From an uncultured Ignavibacteria bacterium (GTDB taxonomy: Bacteria; Zixibacteria; MSB-5A5; SM1-73): a stretch of 32,722 nt of DNA. This document shows, one piece after another, positions 16,785 through 23,447 of the stretch. Position 1 is the stretch's first letter. Each line of letters starts with the position of its first letter. The position numbers and the translations under genes are program-made. The notes under the pieces were generated by a model, which ran no database searches, was not told where the DNA came from, and saw only the letters and a program-made list of their open reading frames with translations. The stretch is from contig CAZPRG010000003.1 of assembly GCA_964588675.1 (NCBI GenBank), positions 1 through 32,722 of the forward strand. Direction: 5' to 3'.

Positions 16785-16848
16785 GATTGGGGACGGTAGG
16801 CTCTGCCGAGGATCGGCGGGGTATACTCCTGAGCCCCAATCTTTTTTT
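16785..16848 (+). terminator. Terminator-like element (8-bp stem enclosing a 41-nt loop, then T7) in the leader of the fibre-like operon
   Basis: gattgggg (16785-16792) pairs with ccccaatc (16834-16841), and ttttttt (16842-16848) follows directly. It sits 230 nt after the mazG stop and 78 nt before the next start codon. Confidence 0.35.
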
Positions 16849-16926
16849 GTATCACTCCGGCAGCATGAGGCGCTCAACGGACGATTCATCGACCATTCGA
16901 AACCACTAACAAAAAGGGGGAGGAAA

Positions 16927-17415
16927 ATGAGGAAACTGACGACCGGCGTGGCTCTGGTGTGGCTGGCCTTCGGACTGGTGGGCCTGGCCCTGGCGGCCAA
17001 CACCGCCCAGCAGACGGTCACCTTTCAGGTCGACGCCATCAACGAGATCTCGGTGAGCGGAAACCCGGGAAACCTGGCGGTGAACACCGCCACCGCCGGC
17101 TCGCAGCCGGACCAGGACACGGACAACTCCACCAGCTGGGCCGTGACCACCAACGGAAGCAACAAGAAAATGACCGGGGACATCGACTCCAACATGCCTT
17201 CGGACGTCACCCTGGAGATAAGCCTGACGGCTCCCACGGGAGGCTCAGGCAGCGGCGACGTGTCTTTGTCCACCACAGCCGGGGACCTGGTCACTTCCAT
17301 TACCCAGGTGGCGGAAAGCGGTCTGGCCATAACCTACACTCTGTCCGCCACAGTCTCGGCCGGCACCGTGGCCCAGGATACCAGAACCGTGACCCTCACC
17401 CTGACGGACGGTTAG
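16927..17415 (+). CDS. Small secreted beta-rich protein, putative fibre/pilin-like subunit A
   Basis: The ATG is preceded by a strong SD (aaaaagggggaggaaaATG). The signal peptide is MRKLTTGVALVWLAFGLVGLALA/AN. The mature 139 aa are Thr/Ser/Gly/Asn-rich with no Cys. The N-terminal strand TVTFQVDAINEISV has alternating hydrophobic residues. The C-terminus is AGTVAQDTRTVTLTLTDG. Confidence 0.7.
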   Translation: MRKLTTGVALVWLAFGLVGLALAANTAQQTVTFQVDAINEISVSGNPGNLAVNTATAGSQPDQDTDNSTSWAVTTNGSNKKMTGDIDSNMPSDVTLEISLTAPTGGSGSGDVSLSTTAGDLVTSITQVAESGLAITYTLSATVSAGTVAQDTRTVTLTLTDG

Positions 17416-17442
17416 TACCGGAGAGACAAGGGCCAACCAACC

Positions 17443-17964
17443 ATGGGGCGGTCCGGCCTTGGGATCGCCCCGGATCTTACTCTAATGGGAAGAGCATTCG
17501 TTCTTATCGTTCCCTTCTTATTGTTGGGAATCAAAGCGCAAGCCATTGACCTATCCGCAGCCGGTGGTTGGAACCAGTCGGTGGACCAGTCGGACTTGGT
17601 TTCCGGCCCAGGCAGCGAACTGATCGAAGTCTACGAAAGCACCACCGGCGGCACGGTCGTAGACGTCTCCGGTTGCACCGGCGACTCCGACAACTGGCGC
17701 ATCGACGTGCGCCGGATCGACGACGGCGGCTGGCACGGGGATTTCGTCCTCTATCTGAAAAGAACTTCCGACGGCGACGGCAACGGTGTGGTTTGGGGAG
17801 GCTTAGCCTACGTGGAAGTCACCGAAACGGATACCGAGTTGTTCTCCGGGGCCGGAAACCGCAGCGGAATCGACCTGCAATACAAATTGACCGGAATGTC
17901 GACGGGCGTTTCGCCGGACGATTACAGCCAAACCATCATCTTCACCGTGGTGGATATTCCTTAG
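17443..17964 (+). CDS. Small secreted protein, putative fibre subunit B (SCPU/Csu-like sequence pattern)
   Basis: The signal peptide MGRAFVLIVPFLLLGIKAQA/ID suggests the true start may be the ATG at 17485. The pattern FVLYLKRTSDGDGNGVVWGG ... LQYKLTGMSTGVSPDDYSQTIIFTVVD recalls the spore-coat-protein-U type pilin signature. That signature is roughly Y-x-L-Y...WG...G-x-Y-S-D-T-V-T-V-T-V. Confidence 0.65.
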   Translation: MGRSGLGIAPDLTLMGRAFVLIVPFLLLGIKAQAIDLSAAGGWNQSVDQSDLVSGPGSELIEVYESTTGGTVVDVSGCTGDSDNWRIDVRRIDDGGWHGDFVLYLKRTSDGDGNGVVWGGLAYVEVTETDTELFSGAGNRSGIDLQYKLTGMSTGVSPDDYSQTIIFTVVDIP

Positions 17965-17973
17965 GGAGAGGCG

Positions 17974-18822
17974 ATGAGGAAGATTCTCTTTTTCTGTTTC
18001 CTTTTGGTCCTGTCTGCGGAGCTCTCCCGGGCCGGCGTGGTAGTGGTGGGAGGGCTGACCCAGGAGAAGAATCTCCTGTTGGGGGAGAAGATAGAGGGAA
18101 GCATCCAGTTGGAGAACAACGGAGCCACGCCTTGCCAAGTGCGCGTGTATCAGACCGACTACTCGTTTCGCGCCGACGGAAGCAATCTTTACGGCCAGCC
18201 GGGAACCGCAGCCCGCTCCAACGCCGGATGGTTCTCCGTCAGCCCCAACCGCCTGACCATCCCTCCTCACGAAAAAGCCTGGGTGTACTATTCCGGCCGG
18301 GTCCCGCCGGGCACGGAGTGGGCCTCGATTCAAAACGACCTCCAGGGGACGGAAGGCTCCTTTTTGTCAGGCAGCTACTGGAGCATGGTGATGATCGAGC
18401 CGCTGTCGGAGGCGGAGATGCAGACGGCAGAGGATCAGACGGGAAAGTTGAAAATGGGCATAGAAACCAAGGTTCGGTACGGCATACAGATCGTCACCAA
18501 CGTCGGTGATTCCGGAACACCCCGGATCAGGTTCCTGGACAAAAAACTGTTCACCCGAGAGGGCCGAACCACTCTGCAGATGGACATCGAGAATATCGGC
18601 CAGAGATGGTTTTCTCCCATTGTGTGGGTGGAGCTTTACGACGATCGGGGAACCCTGGCCGGCCGTTTCCAGGGCGATAAAAAGCGCATCTATCCCGGTT
18701 GCTCTGTGAGACATAAGGTGGATCTGACCGGCGTGGCTCCGGGGAAATACAAGGCTCTGGTGGTGGTGGACAACGGAGACCAATACGTCTTCGGCGCCAG
18801 GTACGATCTCGGAATCGAATGA
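17974..18822 (+). CDS. Secreted two-Ig-like-domain protein, putative periplasmic chaperone-like component
   Basis: The SD gggagagg lies 5 nt upstream, and the signal peptide is MRKILFFCFLLVLSAELSRA/GV. Two beta-sandwich-like halves are visible. The first is GSIQLENNGATPCQVRVYQTDY...WFSVSPNRLTIPPHEKAWVYYSGRVP. The second is LQMDIENIGQRWFSPIVWVELYD...APGKYKALVVVDNG. The stop overlaps the next start (ATGA at 18819-18822). Confidence 0.7.
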   Translation: MRKILFFCFLLVLSAELSRAGVVVVGGLTQEKNLLLGEKIEGSIQLENNGATPCQVRVYQTDYSFRADGSNLYGQPGTAARSNAGWFSVSPNRLTIPPHEKAWVYYSGRVPPGTEWASIQNDLQGTEGSFLSGSYWSMVMIEPLSEAEMQTAEDQTGKLKMGIETKVRYGIQIVTNVGDSGTPRIRFLDKKLFTREGRTTLQMDIENIGQRWFSPIVWVELYDDRGTLAGRFQGDKKRIYPGCSVRHKVDLTGVAPGKYKALVVVDNGDQYVFGARYDLGIE

Positions 18823-21635
18823 TGAAACCAACCTTTGTTCTCCTGGTTCTGCTCCCCGCTTTTTTCTCCCCGGCCGTTGCGCAAGATTCAACCGGTGTGG
18901 TGGACGTGAGGTCCAGCTCTCCCGAACTTCTCCAGGCCGATCCGGGAAGCATCGTCACCGCCAGTTTTCTGATCTGGGACCGATCAGGGAAGGAGGGGGA
19001 ATTTCGTGAGGAGCTGACGCTTCCGTCCGGCTGGCAAAAGGCGGTGGCCGACGAGCCGGTCTTGGCGCTGAAACCCGGCGAGTCTCAGGTTCGGGTGTTC
19101 GCATTCCTGGTTCCTCTCTGGGCCCAGGCGGGAACCTACCGGATTTATTATCACCTGCGCAGTCAAGAGGACCCAGGGACAACGACTGTCGACAGCGTGA
19201 TGGTGGAGGTTCTGCCGGTCACGGAGTTGAAGCTCTCGGTCCTCGACAAGCCTCCCCCGGCGATAGCGGGGGAGACCTACCAGATGAATCTGCTGGTGAC
19301 TAACCAGGGAAACTCCGAAGTCGAAGTCCGGCTGGGCGCGAAATCCAGCCCGGATTGGGCTCTTCGAATTGATCCGGACAGCATGAGGCTGGAAGCGGGC
19401 GAGTCGCGTCCGGCAACCGCCGAGGTTCGAACCGACCCCAGGCTGGGCAGAAAAACCACCCAGATCGTGCACCTGACGGCGCAAGGGAAAACCCCCACCG
19501 GCGGCATCGTCCGCAGCAAACAAGTAATCTCGGTGGAAGTCCTCCCGCAAGTCACGGCAGCGCCCGATCCTTATCTCAGATTGCCCGGCAAAGCCTGCCT
19601 GATTGCCGCCGGCCAGGACGGAAAAGCCGGCCTCCAGTTGGATGTCTCAGGATGGGGCGATTTGGACGAGGGTGGAAAACGCAAGGTGGATTTTCAGTTT
19701 CGCGGGCCGGACATTCAAGGGAAAAGCATGTGGGGGAAAAAAGACGAGCTTCGCTTGAGCTATCGGCAGGAACATCTCGAGCTGCACCTGGGCGATCGGG
19801 GATTCTCGCTTTCCCCTTTGACCCAGAGGTTCACTTACGGCAGAGGCGTGGAGGTCGACTTCCGCCAGGGACGGCTCCGAGGTGGGGCTTTGTACGTGAG
19901 GGACAGATGGGGTGAGCCCAGACCGGAATTGGCCGGAGGATATCTGGCTTATCGGGCGGGCGAGAAGATCGACCTCAAGGGGAACCTGCTCAGTAAAAGC
20001 CGGGATTCCACCCTTTCGGTGGAAGGATACGATCTGAGAATTTACAGCCTTGAAACCGAGCTAGATCTGGATCCCGGTATGAAACTGGACCTGGAATGCG
20101 GCTTGGGTGAGGGCCGAAGAGACGGCCAATCCAGCGGGCTGGCCGTCCGCCTGAATTTGGCCGGCCGGTTGTGGGACCGCGTCTGCTACTCATTGGAGAA
20201 TACCCACGCCTCACCCCGGTATTACGGATACTACAACGATGCCGATTACAACAGCGGATCGGTCAGCTTTGACGTCTGGCGGCGGCTGCGGGCCAACCTG
20301 TTTTACCGGAGCCACAGGAACAACCTGGACTCGGATTCCACCTTGGGTCCGGCCAACCGCGAGGAGTCGTACCAGGCCGGTTTCCGCTATTCGTTCCGGT
20401 CCGGGCCGGAGGTTTCCGCAGAATACAGAACCTTAGACCGGCGAGACGACGTGCTGCCTCCGGATTATCACTACCGGGAGAAAGCGGTGAGAGTGGGAGT
20501 GACCCAGACCTGGGGCAGGCTGCGGGTTAACGCACAGGTGGAGAGGGGCGAGTTTGAGGACAGGCTAACCTCCGCCAGAAACGACGATCTGGAGAGGTAT
20601 CACTTATATGCCTCCTTTCACCCCTCCTATAAGCAAAGTCTGAGCTTATATGTCAGAGTGGGGCACACCAGTTTCACCGGCACGCCGGAGAGGACCAAGA
20701 GCTTTGGCGCTTCCGGTTCCTGGCTGGTTTCGGGCGACTTGTCGTTGAGTCTGGACGTTCGAAGGGACGACTCCGGCTCCAGCCGGTGCGGCAACCGGCA
20801 GAGCCTCCTCTGCTCGGTGGGCTATACGTTTGCAAACGGACACGGCTTATCTTTGAGAAGCCAGTGGCTTCGGTACGATCAGACAAAGGAGAAGGATCTT
20901 TCGCTGTTGGCCTCCTACACGGTTCCTTTGAGAATCCCGGTAGGCAAAAGAAGGAGCATGGGAGTGTTGAAGGGCCAGGTTCTCGATTGGGAGGACCCCA
21001 AGCGGCCGCCCCTCTCCCGGGTCATCCTGAGTGCCGACGGGTTCACTGCGGTGACCGATGACCAAGGTGAGTTCGTCTTTCCTTCCCTTGCGCCGGGAAC
21101 CCATTATCTGCGCGTGGAGAGCAGCTCCATCGGACTTGATCGGGTCATCACGGCCAAACAGCCGGTGGCGGTGGAGGTGAGAGGGGGAAAAACCGCCGAG
21201 ATCGATATCGGGGTGGTGAGCTCCTGCACCATTTCGGGCAGGGTCCTGATCAGCCGGCCGGACTCCAACCGAAGCTCTGCAACTGTCGATTTCGCCGCCA
21301 AAGACAGTCTGTACATCGTCGGCTCAGGAGCGCCGGAATCCAGGACATCGGACCTGGCAGGTGAGGAAGGCTTGGCCAATGTCCTGGTGGAGATCAGGGA
21401 CCTACAGGAGGTTCTGCGCCAATTGACCGACCCGGAAGGAGGGTTCTCCTTCCAGGGCATCAGGCCGGGCGTGTGGACCCTCCGAGTTTACGATGATGGC
21501 CTTCCGCCCCAACATTATCTGGAACAAAACGAAGCACGGCTTGAGTTGAAACCGGGGGAGAAGTCGGAGACCACCATCAGGGTCCTGCCTCGCCTGCGGC
21601 CCATTCAGATCATTGAAGAAGGGGAATTGGATTAG
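18819..21635 (+). CDS. Large outer-membrane protein: two N-terminal Ig-like (CARDB/NEW3-like) domains, central beta-barrel, two C-terminal carboxypeptidase-regulatory-like Ig domains (usher-like layout)
   Basis: The signal peptide is MMKPTFVLLVLLPAFFSPAVA/QD. The repeated Ig-like modules show ...PGSIVTASFLIWDRSG...LKPGESQVRVFAFLVP...AGTYRIYY and ...AGETYQMNLLVTNQGNSEVEVRL...LEAGESRPATAEVR. About 430 aa of amphipathic, aromatic-rich strands follow (YSLENTHASPRYYGYYNDADYNSGSVSF, LLASYTVPLRI). The C-terminal modules read GQVLD...VTDDQGEFVFPSLAPGTHYL and SGRVL...LTDPEGGFSFQGIRPGVWTL. Confidence 0.75.
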   Translation: MMKPTFVLLVLLPAFFSPAVAQDSTGVVDVRSSSPELLQADPGSIVTASFLIWDRSGKEGEFREELTLPSGWQKAVADEPVLALKPGESQVRVFAFLVPLWAQAGTYRIYYHLRSQEDPGTTTVDSVMVEVLPVTELKLSVLDKPPPAIAGETYQMNLLVTNQGNSEVEVRLGAKSSPDWALRIDPDSMRLEAGESRPATAEVRTDPRLGRKTTQIVHLTAQGKTPTGGIVRSKQVISVEVLPQVTAAPDPYLRLPGKACLIAAGQDGKAGLQLDVSGWGDLDEGGKRKVDFQFRGPDIQGKSMWGKKDELRLSYRQEHLELHLGDRGFSLSPLTQRFTYGRGVEVDFRQGRLRGGALYVRDRWGEPRPELAGGYLAYRAGEKIDLKGNLLSKSRDSTLSVEGYDLRIYSLETELDLDPGMKLDLECGLGEGRRDGQSSGLAVRLNLAGRLWDRVCYSLENTHASPRYYGYYNDADYNSGSVSFDVWRRLRANLFYRSHRNNLDSDSTLGPANREESYQAGFRYSFRSGPEVSAEYRTLDRRDDVLPPDYHYREKAVRVGVTQTWGRLRVNAQVERGEFEDRLTSARNDDLERYHLYASFHPSYKQSLSLYVRVGHTSFTGTPERTKSFGASGSWLVSGDLSLSLDVRRDDSGSSRCGNRQSLLCSVGYTFANGHGLSLRSQWLRYDQTKEKDLSLLASYTVPLRIPVGKRRSMGVLKGQVLDWEDPKRPPLSRVILSADGFTAVTDDQGEFVFPSLAPGTHYLRVESSSIGLDRVITAKQPVAVEVRGGKTAEIDIGVVSSCTISGRVLISRPDSNRSSATVDFAAKDSLYIVGSGAPESRTSDLAGEEGLANVLVEIRDLQEVLRQLTDPEGGFSFQGIRPGVWTLRVYDDGLPPQHYLEQNEARLELKPGEKSETTIRVLPRLRPIQIIEEGELD

Positions 21636-22076
21636 CGCCTGAGGTCACGAAAAGACCGCCCGCCCGCTTTTCACTCCGCTGTTTCTTTGCAGCATCTTCC
21701 CACAAAGCACCACGTCGTGGTCCGACCAGGTCGAGGGTGAGTATCCTGGACAGAGGAAATGGGCGGAAAGCCCATGTCCCCAGAACCGATGTCGTGGTCG
21801 GGGAGGATTGGCCTCCCAACGGTTGGTGATCGGGAAGCGTATGGGAGTAAGGTCGAACGGGTCTGATGAATAATAGCTTGACAAAACCGATAGGTTATAT
21901 TAAGCTAAGAAGTTAGGGCTTGCAAGTGAGTCTCCCGAAGGGGAGTTCGACTGCAAGTCTTTGCACTCTTTGAGGAAACGAAACCGAACCGGGAAGTCGT
22001 GCGGCCGTATGTGGCGGCCCATCGGTGCCCCGCCTTCGCCCGAAACATGCAGGTGGATCACAAGGACAGAGAGGGA

Positions 22077-23327
22077 ATGAGCATCAGCGTTATGGCTGAG
22101 GACATCAAAAGGGTGGCTGCCGACGAGGGATTGACCCCGGAGTTCATCCGAGAGGGCGTAGATCGGGGTACCATCGTCATCCTGAGGAACAAACAGCATG
22201 CCTGGGCCAAGCCGGTAGGGGTGGGCAGAGGTCTGCGGACCAAGATCAACGTGAATCTGGGGAGCTCTCCGGACATGGTCGATTCCGACCTGGAGCTGGC
22301 CAAGGTGCGAATGGCGATGGAGCTGGGGGCCGATACGGTGATGGATTTGTCCACCGGCGGCGACATTCGAAGTCTCAGAATCTCGGTACTCAAGGAATCC
22401 CACATACCGGTGGGAACTGTGCCCATCTACGAGGCGGTCTGCAAGCTGGCCCAGGACGGAAAGTCGCCGGTCGATCTGACCAAAGATTCCCTTTTCTCGG
22501 TGATCCGGGATCATTTCGAATCGGGGGTGGATTTTCTGACCGTTCACTGCGGCCTGACCAGCCGGGCCCTTCCGGTGATCGAGCGAAGAAAGAGAACCAC
22601 CGGCATAGTCAGCCGGGGAGGGTCGTTTCTCCACAAGTGGATGAAGCATAACCGCCGGGAGAATCCCCTCTACGAACACTACGACGAGCTTCTGGACATG
22701 ACCCGGGAGTACCACGCCACTTTGAGTCTGGGCGACGGTCTGAGGCCGGGCAGCATAGCCGATTCCACCGACTCCTCCCAGGTGGAGGAGCTTTTGGTTC
22801 TGGGAGAGCTGGTGGACCGCGCCAGGGACAAAGGCGTGCAGGCCATGGTGGAAGGCCCCGGGCACATTCCCATACACGAGATCCCGGCCAACGTGCTTCT
22901 GGAGAAGAAACTGTGCCACGGCGCGCCTTTCTACGTACTGGGACCTCTGGTTACGGACAGCGCCCCGGCATACGATCACATAGTTTCGGCCATCGGCGGT
23001 GCCGTGGCGGCGTCCGCGGGCGCCGACTTCCTGTGTTACGTGACCCCCTCCGAACACCTGTGTCTCCCGGATATCGAAGACGTCAGACAGGGAATCATCG
23101 CCTCCAGGATCGCCGCCCATGCAGCGGACATCGCCAAGGGGATCGGGGGCGCCGAGAAGCAGGATCTTTTGATCTCGCAGGCCAGAAAGAATTTCGACTG
23201 GGAGAAAGTGATGAGCCTGAGCATGGACCCGGAGAGGGCCAGGAGGAAAAGGGGAAAGGTGGGATCGGATTCCCAGAAGTGCACCATGTGCGGCCAGTTC
23301 TGCGCCATGCGGGAGAATATGATCTGA
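22077..23327 (+). CDS. thiC: Phosphomethylpyrimidine synthase ThiC (short, anaerobe-type form)
   Basis: ThiC signature stretches include NVNLGSSPD, VMDLSTGGDI, VPIYEA, DFLTVHCG, LSLGDGLRPGSIADS, MVEGPGHIP, APFYVLGPLVTD and the C-terminal CTMCGQFCA cluster motif. I chose the ATG at 22077 because gagaggga lies upstream. The ORF-track start at 21999 adds a non-conserved extension. Confidence 0.93.
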   Translation: MSISVMAEDIKRVAADEGLTPEFIREGVDRGTIVILRNKQHAWAKPVGVGRGLRTKINVNLGSSPDMVDSDLELAKVRMAMELGADTVMDLSTGGDIRSLRISVLKESHIPVGTVPIYEAVCKLAQDGKSPVDLTKDSLFSVIRDHFESGVDFLTVHCGLTSRALPVIERRKRTTGIVSRGGSFLHKWMKHNRRENPLYEHYDELLDMTREYHATLSLGDGLRPGSIADSTDSSQVEELLVLGELVDRARDKGVQAMVEGPGHIPIHEIPANVLLEKKLCHGAPFYVLGPLVTDSAPAYDHIVSAIGGAVAASAGADFLCYVTPSEHLCLPDIEDVRQGIIASRIAAHAADIAKGIGGAEKQDLLISQARKNFDWEKVMSLSMDPERARRKRGKVGSDSQKCTMCGQFCAMRENMI

Positions 23328-23447
23328 CCACAGCCATGTCCGTCCCTGCTGCCATGCGGTTTGTTCCCATTCGCAGGCGGCGGACAAGATTGCAGACGTT
23401 TGAGATTCACGAACATTGAACGATTCAACCCCTCAACCAGGGAGGAG

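Noticed and set aside
16708-16926. Upstream extension of the subunit A ORF (ORF-track start at 16708)
   Set aside because: The extension is Arg/Pro/Gly-rich and lacks a signal peptide. The internal ATG at 16927 has a strong SD (GGGGGAGG) and yields a canonical signal peptide right away.
17568-18509. 313-aa Arg-rich plus-strand ORF overlapping subunit B and the chaperone-like gene in another frame
   Set aside because: The extreme Arg/Gly/Pro composition (RRHGRRRLRLHRRLRQ...) is typical of an off-frame read of GC-rich coding DNA. The annotated frames have signal peptides and SD sequences.
21877-21905. TTGACA box upstream of thiC as a promoter
   Set aside because: TTGACA at 21877-21882 is followed by TATATT after only 12 nt, or by TATTAA after 14 nt. 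At the optimal 17-nt spacing the hexamer is TAAGCT (3 of 6 matches). The spacing and sequence are too poor for a confident call.
21636-22076. Calling a TPP riboswitch upstream of thiC
   Set aside because: One is expected from context, but I could not locate the conserved CUGAGA and ACCUGAUCUGG-type cores by eye. I have not annotated it as a feature and list the region as a finding to be tested with a covariance model.
21900-23387. 495-aa ORF on the minus strand spanning the whole thiC locus
   Set aside because: It is the antisense shadow of thiC, whose plus-strand translation carries many exact ThiC signatures. The minus-strand product is Gly/Arg/His/Pro-rich, low-complexity, and has no motif or SD. 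Long shadow ORFs like this are typical of GC-rich DNA.
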